The position numbers were made by a program, and so were the translations under genes. Shown here piece after piece: positions 26,431 to 36,551 of a DNA stretch of 61,098 bases. Under the pieces are notes generated by a model. That model was given only the letters and a program-made list of their open reading frames with translations, ran no database searches and had not been told where the DNA came from. Source of the DNA: Verrucomicrobiota bacterium (GTDB lineage: Bacteria > Verrucomicrobiota > Verrucomicrobiia > Limisphaerales > UBA1096); the NCBI GenBank assembly GCA_014382705.1, contig JACNJE010000110.1, positions 1 to 61,098 of the forward strand, read 5' to 3'. Position 1 is the first letter of the stretch; every line of letters starts with the position of its first letter.

Positions 26431-26532
26431 CGCTCTCCCTCTCCCCGGCCCTCTCCCGCTGGGAGTGGGAGCTTGGCCAAGCGCGTTGCGCTGCATTCCT
26501 TCTCCCAAGGAGAAGGAGGGTGGATGAGGGTG
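26431..26532 (-). repeat. About 105-bp CCCTCTCCC/GGGAGAGGG REP/MITE-like element, copy 1
   Basis: Reverse complement aligns with 43282-43393, including the central GCGCTTGGCCAAGC. Confidence 0.85.
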
Positions 26533-26590
26533 TGAAGCCCCGGATTATTTTTATGCGATCTTCGCGGAGCGATTATCGAAAGGCCCCGAC

Positions 26591-27517
26591 TCAGCGGCTG
26601 GAGCTGCCCCACCAGATGTCGTTCGGGGCGGTTGGGCGGCCCCCCGTTTGGGCCATCGCATAAAACTTCTTGTAAGTCAGGTTGACCGATGCCCCGGAGA
26701 CGATGCCCACCGTGGACGCCCCGCCGATATCATCCCGGTTATTGCGGGCGGTGGAGCTGCTGACATGGCGCTGGGAAATCCCCTCATGCGGCTGGTTGCC
26801 GGCGTCGTTGAACCAAAATGGGTTACTGTCATCCGTTTCCCACTGGACGATGTCGCCGGGGTCGGTGGCCGAAATCTTTCGCACCTTGCTCGCATCATAT
26901 CCGCCCGTTTGTGGGCTGGGCTTGGCGTGAAAGAAAATGATGTTGCCGTTCCACGTGTAGCTGGTCAGCTTGATGGGGCGCTGGAGAAACAGCTTTTTGT
27001 TGGGGCCGGTCGAGGTGGCCTTGTCCTTGGGGCACATCAACACTTGGGGAGTTACCAGATAGTTCCCCAATTGGCCATGCTTGAACGATTCGTACTGGCC
27101 GGCCAGTTGTTTTTCCAAGCCGTTTACGGTGGTTGGGCTGGCATACGACGGCATGCCGGTTGTGCCTTTCCAGTTGTGGGACGCGACCGTGCACCGGGAG
27201 CCTGCCTTGAATCCTGTGTTATTTTCCCCCGAACTGCCGGCATAGGCCCAGCCGGTGGGGCCGCTACCGTTACCGCCCCAGGTGGGGTGGGGCAGGTACT
27301 CTTCGTGGTCGCCGGTGAACATGTTCAAGGCCAGCATGATCTGCTTGTTGTTGTTCCAGTCGATGGAGTTGTGGGCCTTGTCCTTGGCCCGGGCCAGGGC
27401 CGGCAACAATAGCGCCGCCAGGATGGCAATGATGGCGATCACCACCAGCAACTCGATGAGCGTGAAGCCAAGCAGAACCTTGGTGCCCAGTGTCTTGCGA
27501 ACGGTTGTCTTTTTCAT
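26591..27517 (-). CDS. Prepilin-type N-terminal cleavage/methylation protein
   Basis: [44 protein letters not shown]. Confidence 0.86.
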   Translation of the reverse strand: MKKTTVRKTLGTKVLLGFTLIELLVVIAIIAILAALLLPALARAKDKAHNSIDWNNNKQIMLALNMFTGDHEEYLPHPTWGGNGSGPTGWAYAGSSGENNTGFKAGSRCTVASHNWKGTTGMPSYASPTTVNGLEKQLAGQYESFKHGQLGNYLVTPQVLMCPKDKATSTGPNKKLFLQRPIKLTSYTWNGNIIFFHAKPSPQTGGYDASKVRKISATDPGDIVQWETDDSNPFWFNDAGNQPHEGISQRHVSSSTARNNRDDIGGASTVGIVSGASVNLTYKKFYAMAQTGGRPTAPNDIWWGSSSR

Positions 27518-27581
27518 GATTTTGAAAGTTCAATATGAAGCCGGTCAGCCGCGTGTGGACTGAAAGACTTGCTGCGGACGG

Positions 27582-27610
27582 AAACTAGCCCTCCCCGGCT
27601 CGGGAGTCAA
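27582..27610 (-). promoter_or_regulatory. Sigma70-like promoter for the 26591-27517 gene
   Basis: TTGACT-N17-TAGTTT. Confidence 0.55.
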
Positions 27611-27706
27611 ACGCAAATCGGGCGAGATTCGAGTGGGCGTTGTGCGTGGCCAAGCACCTCGGCATGACACCGGGTGCGTCTCGGAGTGGGGACAGTCGCT
27701 GCCGCT

Positions 27707-27741
27707 AAAAAAAAAGACCCTCCCGAAAAGGGAGGGTCTTT
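27707..27741 (-). terminator. Rho-independent terminator
   Basis: AAAGACCCTCCC-TTTTC-GGGAGGGTCTTT followed by a long T run on the minus strand, 20 nt after the stop at 27761. Confidence 0.85.
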
Positions 27742-27760
27742 GAAAAAGGGTTCGATCAGG

Positions 27761-28537
27761 TTATTTCCCGTCCGGGAAAATCAAAACAGTTGTGCTAGAG
27801 GATGAAGGCCCTGTTTCGCTTATGTATTGGTTGAGCTTCTGGGTGGTGGCCTGCTGAACCGATGAGTCAGACAGAAGAATATCACCCTGTTCCTCGTGGA
27901 GGCTCTCGGTCCACATCGCTTTCTTTTTAACGTTATTGCCGCTCAAATCCGTTTTCTTGAACGAGATGTAATCGGCTTGCTTCTCGTCGTTGTTGTAGTT
28001 GCCATAAGCAATGTTACGGTCACCGGCGAGGATATATTGCGGCTTTGATTCGTCGGCTTCCTGGCCCAAGAAGTAGCTCATGCTCTTGTTGCCGTTCTTG
28101 TGTTTCTTTTCAGTCCCTTCGCAGAACGGAACAATGCTCTTGTTTCGGCGATCCACATCGGCTGCGTTATCAAAGGTGGTGGATTCCGTGCGGGTGTCTC
28201 GCGGGCATCGAACCACTTTCGGGTTGCTCAGCTCGTTCCCAAGCGCCTGCCAATGCCGGCAAACTTCCGTTTTGAATTTCTTGTCAAGGAACTCCGATGA
28301 ACCCCCCTCCAGCGCTCTCACCTGCCACGGGAACCGATCCTGGTTGTCCGTCGCGTAGATGCGGGTGGCGATACCTACCTGCTTGAGGTTGTTCACGCAG
28401 GAGATGCGCTGAGCCTTTGCCTTTGCCTTTGCCAACGCGGGCAGGAGCATGCCGGCCAGGATGGCAATGATTGCGATAACGACCAGCAGCTCGATGAGCG
28501 TGAAGGCCCCGACTTTGTTTTTATGAAAACGCTTCAT
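27761..28537 (-). CDS. Prepilin-type N-terminal cleavage/methylation protein
   Basis: [60 protein letters not shown]. Confidence 0.88.
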   Translation of the reverse strand: MKRFHKNKVGAFTLIELLVVIAIIAILAGMLLPALAKAKAKAQRISCVNNLKQVGIATRIYATDNQDRFPWQVRALEGGSSEFLDKKFKTEVCRHWQALGNELSNPKVVRCPRDTRTESTTFDNAADVDRRNKSIVPFCEGTEKKHKNGNKSMSYFLGQEADESKPQYILAGDRNIAYGNYNNDEKQADYISFKKTDLSGNNVKKKAMWTESLHEEQGDILLSDSSVQQATTQKLNQYISETGPSSSSTTVLIFPDGK

Positions 28538-28970
28538 GATGCAATTCTCGTTTTATTAGTTAACAGTTAACACTTTCAAAACACCTTACCGTACGGGTGA
28601 AAGGAAGGCGCAGCCTCGTGTCCGATTGAACCGTTGTCAACGCCAAACTTAAAAAAAAATAGCACACGAAATGCCATCATTTCAGGGTCGAATTACGATT
28701 CGATTCGGAGTGCCAAACAGGGTTGAAGAGTGTGAGTTTCACTCGATTTGCGTGATCCTCACACAAACGGGGGCTTTTTGGCTTGATCTGTGGTGGGTGG
28801 TTTGCTGGCTTTAATTGAGGGCTGTCCACGTGCCGATGCGGTTTGTCGGCGGATTTCGGAAGGTTAGCGTTGTGGGGGCTTCTGCCGCGCGATACAAGCG
28901 TGGCGGTGGCAATGAAATTGCTGGAGGCGCGCCGGAGGGTTGGGCGGCCCGGGAGCCGTGTCATCACTTA

Positions 28971-31196
28971 ATGAATCTTGAAAATCGACTTCTGCGCCTG
29001 TTGGGGCGCAAACAGTACGTCCCAGCCGGGGCGGATGACCTCACCAAAAAACTCGGGCTTGGCCAAGCGCAGGCCAGGGAGGTGCGGCGCGAACTGCGCG
29101 GCCTGGTCCAATCGGGCCGGGTGGTGCCCCTGCCGGACAAGCGATTTGCGCTCCCGGTGGATGAGGACCTGGTCGCCGGGCGCATCCTCATGAACCGCCG
29201 CGGCGGCGGCCGGGTGGTCACCACCGATGCGTCGCAGCCGGCCATCGACATCTCTCCCAACGCCGCCGGCACGGCGATGCACAACGACCGCGTGCTGGTG
29301 CGGGTGGACTCGGCCCCGCCGCCCGCGCGCCGCCGGGGCCATCGCCCGCCGCCGGGGCCAAGCGGCAAGGTGGTCGAGGTGCTCGAGCGCGCCCGCACGC
29401 AGGTGGTCGGCACGCTCGAGAAATCGCGGCAGCTTTGGTACGTCGTGCCGGGCGACCCGCGGATCACGCACGACATTTACCTGCCCAAGCTTGGCCAAGC
29501 GGCCAAGCCGAAGGCCAAGCGCGGCGACCGGGTGGTGGTGGAGATCACCGAGTGGCCGTCGCGCCACAACGCGCCGGAGGGCAGGTTGCTCGAGGTGATC
29601 GGCAGCCCAAGCGCGCCGGGTGTCGATGTCGAGTCGGTCATCCGGCAGTATGAGCTGCCAACGCGCTTCCCGGACAAGGTGCAGGCCGAGGCGCGGCGCC
29701 TGGGCGCGAAGGTGACGACGGCCGACGGCAAGGGCCGCCGGGATTGCCGCAAACATTGTGTCGTGACGATCGACCCGGCCGACGCGCGGGACTTCGACGA
29801 CGCCATTTCGCTGGAGCGCCTCGAGGGGCGGCGGTGGCGCTTGTGGGTGCACATCGCCGACGTGTCGCACTACGTCACGCCCGGGAGCGCGCTCGACAGG
29901 GAGGCGCGGCGGCGCGGCAACTCGACCTATCTCATCGACCGCGTCATCCCGATGCTGCCGGAGGCGCTGAGCAACGAGCTGTGCTCGCTCAAGCCGGGCG
30001 TCGATCGGCTGGCACGCAGCGTGGAGTTTGTGCTGAGCGACAAAGGGCGGGTCGAGCAGGCAAAGTTTCACTCGACCGTCATCTGCTCGAAACGCCGCTT
30101 TTCGTACGAGGAAGCGATGACGATCCTCGAGCGGCCGCCATCGGGCGACATCGAGCGGATGCTGCACGACGCCCATCGCCTCGCGCAAAAGCTGCGGCAG
30201 GCCCGCTTCCGGGCAGGCGCGCTGGATCTCGACGTGCCGGAGCACAAGGTGCTGCTCGATGCCAAGGGCCGGCTGAGCGAGGTGCGCCGAGTGGAGAACG
30301 ACGTGTCGCACCAGTTGATCGAGGAATTCATGCTGCTGGCCAACGAGGCGGTTGCAAAGGAGATCAAGCGCCGCCGCGTCAAGGCGATCCACCGCGTCCA
30401 CGACGAGCCGGACACCGAGAAGCTGGACAACCTCCGGGCGCAGGCGGCGTTGATGGGGCTGCGCGCCGGCAATCTGTCCGACCAGAAACAGGCCGGCAAA
30501 TTTCTCGCCGGTCTCAAGGGACATCCGCTTGCGGACGTCTTCCGGATCGGCTACCTGCGCTGCATGAAGCGGGCCTGCTACTCGACCGAGCCGATCGGCC
30601 ACTACGGCCTGGCCAAGGACGACTACGTTCACTTCACCTCGCCGATCCGCCGGTACGCCGACCTGATCGTCCACCGCGTCGTGTACCAGCGGGCCAAGCT
30701 CGACGCCGCGGCGCTGGCGACGGCGGCCGACCATATTTCGCTGACCGAGCGCAACTCCGCCGACGCCGAGCTGGACAGCAAACTCATCAAGCTGCTGAGC
30801 CATTTGCGCCGGCAGCTCGACCGGAAAAAACCGGAGACCTACACAGCGATGGTCACCGAGGTGCGCAACATCGGCGCGATGGTGGACATCACTGAGCTGG
30901 GCCTGAAGGGACTGGTCAAGCGCCTGAGCCTGAGCGGCGACCATTACCGGTTCGTGCCGGAGCGGGGCCGCCTCGTCGGCCGGCTGCGCGGCAACGAGAT
31001 CGCACCGGGCGATCAACTGAAAGTGCAGATCGAGAATGTCGACCTGCATAAGAAACAGGCCGACTTTCGCGTCGTCAACCCCCAGCCGGCCAAGGGCAAA
31101 AAAAAGTCGAAGCCAGCCCGGAACGCGCCCCCCCAAACAGCTCCCCAGCGCAAAGGAAAACCAAGGCAACCCAACGCCAGGCGCAGACGAAGATGA
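28971..31196 (+). CDS. rnr: Ribonuclease R
   Basis: TIDPADARDFDDA, VHIADVSHYV, LIEEFMLLANE, HFTSPIRRYADL, C-terminal S1 domain and basic tail. Start moved to ATG 28971. Confidence 0.92.
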   Translation: MNLENRLLRLLGRKQYVPAGADDLTKKLGLGQAQAREVRRELRGLVQSGRVVPLPDKRFALPVDEDLVAGRILMNRRGGGRVVTTDASQPAIDISPNAAGTAMHNDRVLVRVDSAPPPARRRGHRPPPGPSGKVVEVLERARTQVVGTLEKSRQLWYVVPGDPRITHDIYLPKLGQAAKPKAKRGDRVVVEITEWPSRHNAPEGRLLEVIGSPSAPGVDVESVIRQYELPTRFPDKVQAEARRLGAKVTTADGKGRRDCRKHCVVTIDPADARDFDDAISLERLEGRRWRLWVHIADVSHYVTPGSALDREARRRGNSTYLIDRVIPMLPEALSNELCSLKPGVDRLARSVEFVLSDKGRVEQAKFHSTVICSKRRFSYEEAMTILERPPSGDIERMLHDAHRLAQKLRQARFRAGALDLDVPEHKVLLDAKGRLSEVRRVENDVSHQLIEEFMLLANEAVAKEIKRRRVKAIHRVHDEPDTEKLDNLRAQAALMGLRAGNLSDQKQAGKFLAGLKGHPLADVFRIGYLRCMKRACYSTEPIGHYGLAKDDYVHFTSPIRRYADLIVHRVVYQRAKLDAAALATAADHISLTERNSADAELDSKLIKLLSHLRRQLDRKKPETYTAMVTEVRNIGAMVDITELGLKGLVKRLSLSGDHYRFVPERGRLVGRLRGNEIAPGDQLKVQIENVDLHKKQADFRVVNPQPAKGKKKSKPARNAPPQTAPQRKGKPRQPNARRRRR

Positions 31197-34100
31197 GATG
31201 CAGATTGAAGCAAGGGGTGGCGCTATTTGCGGTCGCGTTGGCAGGGGCCGCCTTTGTAAGCCGCGACCATTGGCAGGCAACCGTTGCCGTCACTTCGCAG
31301 ATTCAAACACCTGACCAACCGCCGGTGGAATCTGCCAAGCGCTTGGCCAAGCGGGCATCGCGCCCGGCGGCATCTTCCCAACAGGAGCCGCCGCCGTTGG
31401 CCAAGGCGATCGACCGCGGCCAGCCGCTGCGGCTGCAACTGCCGGGGCGCGAGCCGCTCGACTTTTCCTTCCGTGATTTTGCGCTGCTCGCCGACGGCTA
31501 CCGCACGACGCTTGGCCAAACGGGCCGGCTCGACGCCGAACTGCGAGTTTTCGACGGCCGCGCCATCGGCGACGATGGCCAAGTGCACACGGCGACGCTG
31601 GCACTGGCCAACCGCTCCGCCGCCGGGGGGGTGCGCTTGGCCGATGGCGGCCAGGTGCAGTTTCGGAGCGATGGCGCCGGATCGTTCAAGGCCTTGGCCG
31701 GCCGGCAGCCGACGCTGGCGTGCGCACGCGACCCGCGCACCGGCGCGTATCGGACAATGTCGCTCGACGGCTTGGCCAAGCCGGACTGGAGCGAAGCCAA
31801 GCCGGCCACGCTCGAGCCGTCGCCGGAGTACCCAATGATGGCCAGCTCCGGGCTGGATCCGGTGACCGGCGCGCCGACCCTGGTGCTCGGCAGCCCGGCC
31901 AACCCGCCGCGCTACGAGGCGTCACTCAAGGTGGCCACGGTGATAGTCGCGCTCGACAAGTTGGCCACCGGCTTGAACTCGAAAAACCACCTCACGGAAG
32001 TCACCAGCCAAACCCTCGCGCTGATGGCCAACGTGGCGGCGATCTACGAAAACCAGTTGGGCATCCGGGTGTTGATGCAGGAGTTGATCCTCACGCCGGA
32101 CTCGGATGACTACGACGACATTCCGTTCGATGACAACGGCGGCACGCTGGACGAGTTCGCGGACTGGACGCAGCGGTGGCGCCCCGAGTCCACCTACGGG
32201 CAGACGGTGGCGATTCGTTTCGGGGACGGCCTGAGCGGAGGCATCCTGGGCATCGCCTACCAGAACGCGCTGCACACGCGCAACGGGGTCGGCGTGTTGC
32301 GGCCCGGTTTCGGCTGGGCGCTGACCAGCCACGAGATGGGGCACGTGTTCGGCTCGTCCCATTCGCTGGGCGGCATCATGAACGGGCAATACACGACCGA
32401 GGAGCGTTCTTTTTTCAAGGACATCGAGGGGCAGGAGTTCACGGCGGCGTCGCAGATTTACAACCGGGCCGGCGGACGGCTCACCGGGCCGGCGACCATG
32501 CGCAACCCGGACGAGATGCCGTTCGCCGTGGACGACGTCGCCTGGGCCGCGCCGGGCGAGCAGATCCGCTACGACGTGTTGGCCAACGACCTGAAACAGG
32601 TTTATCGCGGTCAGGAAAACCGCCTGACGCTGGCGGAGGTCGGCCGCGTCACGCCGCGTTACGCCGGGTCCGTGGCTATCGCGGACGGGCAGGCGGTGTT
32701 CACGCCGTCAACCGGGTTCGCGGGCACCGTCTGGTTCAGCTACTCGGTGCGCGGCGATGTCGGCCGCGGCTGGCTGCACAAGGGCGACGTCGCCGTGGTG
32801 GTCGGCGATCCCGAGGGCAACGCCCACGAGCTGAACCTGGCTGCGGGCCAGGCGCGCACCCTGAAGCTGCCCGGCGACGGCAACATCACCCAGTTGCGCC
32901 CGCCGGAACAGGCGGCAATGCACGAGATGATCAGCGATTCGGCAGTGTACATCCTGCGCGCCGACGCGGATGCCAGCGGCAGCGAAACCATCTGGTACCG
33001 CGCCGGGGGGAAGCGGCAAACCCTGACACTCAACTACATCAACGAGCCGCCGGTCGCCGAGCCGGACGTGCTGTACCTCAGCCCCGGCGAAACGGTCAGC
33101 TTCAACCCGCTGGCCAACGACCACGCGGCCGGGCTGCGGGGCGCGTTCAAGACCGAGCCGGTCATCGCCGTCGGCACCACCGGTGAGGGGCGGGACGGGC
33201 AGGACTATTTCCCCAGCGGCTTTCGTCTTTTCAGCGCGCGCTCGAGGGCCAGCCAACTGGGCAGCCTGACCGTCCATCGCTCACCAGTGATGCGCGACGG
33301 CCGCCGCCGCAACGACCCGAACGGCCTGCTGACCTTCAAGGCGAAAAGCTCGGCCAGCGGCATCGGGGTGATCGAGTACACGATCGAGGACGCGCTTGGC
33401 CAGCGCGCCAGCGGCACGGTGCAGGTCATCGTGGACGGTGCCAGCGACACGCTCCTGAGCGCCAGTGATGACGCACGCGGCTGGGTGCCGACCCACGGCC
33501 GCCACGATGACACATGGACGGCAGCCGATTTCAACGACGCCACCTGGGAACGCGGCCGCAACGGGGCCGGCTACGAGCGCAGCAGCGGCTACCAGTCGCT
33601 CATCAGTTCCGCGCTCAATTTCCGCACGCAAATGTACAACAAGGCCGAGTCGCTTTACCTGCGGTACGCCTTCGATATCGACGATCCGGCGGCGATCGGG
33701 CAACTCAGGCTGCGGATGAAATATGACGACGGTTTCGTCGCCTACCTCAACGGCAAACGGGTGGCCTCCGCCAACGCGCCGCCAAATCCGCAGTGGAACT
33801 CCGGCGCAACAACCACGCACGACGACTCCCTGGCGGTGCGGTACGAATCGTTCGACATCAGCGGGCATGGGAACCGGTTGCGCTCCGGCAAAAACATCCT
33901 CGCCATTCACGGCCTGAACAGCGGCCTGACCAGCTCCGACATGCTGATCGTCGCCGAGCTCGTTGCGACCGACACCGGCAAATCGCGCCTGCCGGAGGTT
34001 GTTTGCGAGCCGCCGGCCGAGCAGACACCGGAGTCGGTCACACTCGCGGGACGCCTGCCCGGGGTCGCGGCCAACACGAGGGCATTTTTCGTCTGGGGCC

Positions 34101-35308
34101 AAACCGACAGCGGCCCGGACGCCACCAAGTGGGATCACTCCAGCGAAGTATTGCCGGATGAGGAGGGGCGGCTCCGCCATCGGGTCAACAGCTTGGCCGC
34201 CGGTTCCGTCCTGTACTACCGGCTGTACGCGAAAAACAAACTCGGCACCGCCTGGTCGGTGGACACCCAAAAGACATCAACCCTGGCCAAGGGCGTTGTG
34301 GTGGCCCGGGCGGATGCGTTTCGCGTCGCGCCGGGGGGCACGTTGCGCTTGGCCAAGCGCGAGGAGGGTGTGCTGGCCAACGACGCCGGTGCGTCGCTGA
34401 CAACCCACGCGCAACTCTTGGCCAGCCCGCAACATGGCCGCCTGACGTTCCGGCCCGACGGCACGTTCGACTACACCCCGGACGACGGGTTCTCCGGAGA
34501 CGATCGTTTCCTGTATCGCTTGGCCAAGGCCGATGCGTCACTGGAACGGATGGTGGTATCAGTCGGCGGCCGGTGGAGCTTTTACGACGAAGTGACCGCG
34601 CCCAACCGCAACTGGGCCAAGCCGGACTTTGACGACAGCGCCTGGCCGGTTGGGCCGGGCTTGCTCGGTTACGGCAACGGCAACGAGGCCACGGAAATCA
34701 GCTACGGCACCAACCCGGATAACAAGCGCGCCACGGCCTATTTCCGGCAGACGTTCGAGGTGGACGCGGTCGAGTTGATCGACCGGCTGACCTTCAAGTT
34801 GCTTCGTGACGATGCGGCGGCGGTTTACCTGAACGGCAAGGAAGTGTACCGCGACAGCAACCTTTCGCGCACCGCACGGCATACCACCTTCGCCAGCAGC
34901 ACGATCGTGGACGAGAATGCTTACGCCACGTTCGAGCTATCCGGCGCCCGCTTGACCAATGGGAAAAACGTGATCGCGGCGGAAGTGCACCAAGCCAGTC
35001 GCAACAGCTCAGACTTGAGTTTCGCACTGTTTGGGAAGTCACATCAATATCCCGGCGCTTGGGTAACGTTAAAAACAGAAAAAGAGCATTCAGGCGATGA
35101 TTACATAAGCTTTAACGATAATGAAACTACGTTCACGATCTTTTTTACCTCAAATAGAGGGATACGCTATGTCATTGAGTCATCTGCCGATTTAACGGAG
35201 TGGGAACAAGTCCAAGTCATTGATGGAACGGGGGATACCATAGAATACATCTCCTTAATGCGACCTGATGATAAAGCCAAATTCTTTCGTCTTCGACTGA
35301 ATCAGTGA
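31193..35308 (+). CDS. Large secreted metzincin (reprolysin/M12-like) metalloprotease with Ig-like and beta-sandwich repeats
   Basis: HEMGHVFGSSH followed by Met-turn GGIMN; DVLAND/NPLAND/GVLAND Ig-like repeats; two DD..VYLNG domains; C-terminal YVIESSADLTEW...FFRL. Confidence 0.8.
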   Translation: MRCRLKQGVALFAVALAGAAFVSRDHWQATVAVTSQIQTPDQPPVESAKRLAKRASRPAASSQQEPPPLAKAIDRGQPLRLQLPGREPLDFSFRDFALLADGYRTTLGQTGRLDAELRVFDGRAIGDDGQVHTATLALANRSAAGGVRLADGGQVQFRSDGAGSFKALAGRQPTLACARDPRTGAYRTMSLDGLAKPDWSEAKPATLEPSPEYPMMASSGLDPVTGAPTLVLGSPANPPRYEASLKVATVIVALDKLATGLNSKNHLTEVTSQTLALMANVAAIYENQLGIRVLMQELILTPDSDDYDDIPFDDNGGTLDEFADWTQRWRPESTYGQTVAIRFGDGLSGGILGIAYQNALHTRNGVGVLRPGFGWALTSHEMGHVFGSSHSLGGIMNGQYTTEERSFFKDIEGQEFTAASQIYNRAGGRLTGPATMRNPDEMPFAVDDVAWAAPGEQIRYDVLANDLKQVYRGQENRLTLAEVGRVTPRYAGSVAIADGQAVFTPSTGFAGTVWFSYSVRGDVGRGWLHKGDVAVVVGDPEGNAHELNLAAGQARTLKLPGDGNITQLRPPEQAAMHEMISDSAVYILRADADASGSETIWYRAGGKRQTLTLNYINEPPVAEPDVLYLSPGETVSFNPLANDHAAGLRGAFKTEPVIAVGTTGEGRDGQDYFPSGFRLFSARSRASQLGSLTVHRSPVMRDGRRRNDPNGLLTFKAKSSASGIGVIEYTIEDALGQRASGTVQVIVDGASDTLLSASDDARGWVPTHGRHDDTWTAADFNDATWERGRNGAGYERSSGYQSLISSALNFRTQMYNKAESLYLRYAFDIDDPAAIGQLRLRMKYDDGFVAYLNGKRVASANAPPNPQWNSGATTTHDDSLAVRYESFDISGHGNRLRSGKNILAIHGLNSGLTSSDMLIVAELVATDTGKSRLPEVVCEPPAEQTPESVTLAGRLPGVAANTRAFFVWGQTDSGPDATKWDHSSEVLPDEEGRLRHRVNSLAAGSVLYYRLYAKNKLGTAWSVDTQKTSTLAKGVVVARADAFRVAPGGTLRLAKREEGVLANDAGASLTTHAQLLASPQHGRLTFRPDGTFDYTPDDGFSGDDRFLYRLAKADASLERMVVSVGGRWSFYDEVTAPNRNWAKPDFDDSAWPVGPGLLGYGNGNEATEISYGTNPDNKRATAYFRQTFEVDAVELIDRLTFKLLRDDAAAVYLNGKEVYRDSNLSRTARHTTFASSTIVDENAYATFELSGARLTNGKNVIAAEVHQASRNSSDLSFALFGKSHQYPGAWVTLKTEKEHSGDDYISFNDNETTFTIFFTSNRGIRYVIESSADLTEWEQVQVIDGTGDTIEYISLMRPDDKAKFFRLRLNQ

Positions 35309-35356
35309 ACGCTTGGCCAAGCGTAATCCATGCGGAAGGACGGCATAGGGCCGACT

Positions 35357-35374
35357 TTGTGAATTTTTTCACAA
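35357..35374. promoter_or_regulatory. Rex-type operator (also fits CRP TGTGA-N6-TCACA)
   Basis: TTGTGAA-TTTT-TTCACAA, an exact match to the Rex consensus TTGTGAA-N4-TTCACAA, upstream of nuoB. Confidence 0.75.
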
Positions 35375-35381
35375 ATTGATT

Positions 35382-35410
35382 TTGACCTTACCAAGGGATG
35401 GCGATAGCTT
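35382..35410 (+). promoter_or_regulatory. Sigma70-like promoter of the nuoB-N operon
   Basis: TTGACC-N17-TAGCTT, 24 nt before the nuoB ATG. Confidence 0.65.
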
Positions 35411-35434
35411 TGCGTCAGGCGTCGTAAAGCCATC

Positions 35435-35962
35435 ATGGGCAGCACCGAAATAGGCTATAATTCCAAGGTCGAGGGGGATGTTGTGCACACCACTCTGGAG
35501 GCTGCCGTGAATTGGTTTCGCAAGAATTCACTCTGGCCGATGCCGATGGGCTTGGCCTGCTGCGGGATCGAGTTGATGGCAACGGCGGCGAGCCGGTTTG
35601 ATATTTCTCGATTTGGCGCGGAGGTGATGAGGTTTTCGCCACGCCAATCCGACCTGATGATCGTGGCCGGCACGGTCACCTACAAAATGGCGCTCGCAGT
35701 GCGCCGGATTTACGACCAGATGCCGGAGCCGAAATGGGTGATCGCGATGGGAGCCTGCGCCTCGACCGGCGGCATGTACCGCAGCTACGCGGTGTTGCAG
35801 GGCGTGGACCGGATTCTGCCTGTGGATGTTTATGTGAGTGGCTGTCCGCCGCGCCCGGAGGCATTGCTGGAGGGGTTGATGACTCTTCAGAACAAACTTT
35901 CACACGAGCCTCACGTCAAGGATGCCAAGCCGGCCCGCGCCAGAAAGGCGGCAGTTGCCTGA
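35435..35962 (+). CDS. nuoB: NADH-quinone oxidoreductase subunit B
   Basis: [32 protein letters not shown]. Confidence 0.96.
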   Translation: MGSTEIGYNSKVEGDVVHTTLEAAVNWFRKNSLWPMPMGLACCGIELMATAASRFDISRFGAEVMRFSPRQSDLMIVAGTVTYKMALAVRRIYDQMPEPKWVIAMGACASTGGMYRSYAVLQGVDRILPVDVYVSGCPPRPEALLEGLMTLQNKLSHEPHVKDAKPARARKAAVA

Positions 35963-35969
35963 GACCCGG

Positions 35970-36548
35970 ATGAGCGCGAAGCAACTGGCCCGAACACTCA
36001 AGCAGCAGTTCATGGCGGTCGTCTCCGGGCCGGTGGAGTTTCGGGGCGAACTGACGCTGGAGGTGTCGGAGGCGTCGCGGGTCGCCGAGGTTTGTGATTT
36101 TGCGAAATCAGAACTTGGTTTTGACTATCTCGTTGATCTCACCACGATTGATAACGATGCGGACGCCCCGCGCTGGACGGCGGTGTATCACCTTTACGGT
36201 TACGGACACGGTTGCCATCTGCGCCTGAAGACCGGCGTGAGCGAGGAGTTGTCGGAACTGCCGACGGTGTCCGGTGTCTGGCGCACGGCCAATTGGCATG
36301 AGCGCGAGGCGTACGACATGATGGGCATCCGGTTTGCCGGGCATCCGGATCTGCGCCGCATCCTGATGTGGGAGGGCTACCCGTATTTTCCGTTGCGAAA
36401 GGATTTCCCTCTGGCCGGCAAGCCAAGCGAGATGCCGGACGTGGCGTTCTCCGATCCGGCGCCGCTCGAGGGCGGGCCGTTTGTCACCGTGGCCGGTGGC
36501 GGGGACTCGACTGTGCGCGAACCGCGCATGCGCAACCCGGAAGGCTGA
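35970..36548 (+). CDS. nuoC: NADH-quinone oxidoreductase subunit C
   Basis: EFRGELT, ANWHEREAYDMMGIRFAGHPDLRRIL, PLRKDFP. Start at ATG 35970. Confidence 0.95.
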   Translation: MSAKQLARTLKQQFMAVVSGPVEFRGELTLEVSEASRVAEVCDFAKSELGFDYLVDLTTIDNDADAPRWTAVYHLYGYGHGCHLRLKTGVSEELSELPTVSGVWRTANWHEREAYDMMGIRFAGHPDLRRILMWEGYPYFPLRKDFPLAGKPSEMPDVAFSDPAPLEGGPFVTVAGGGDSTVREPRMRNPEG

Positions 36549-36551
36549 TCG

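Noticed and set aside
26386-26508. N-terminal 41 aa of the 666-aa ORF
   Set aside because: This stretch overlaps the dispersed repeat; ATG 26385 directly precedes the signal/anchor helix.
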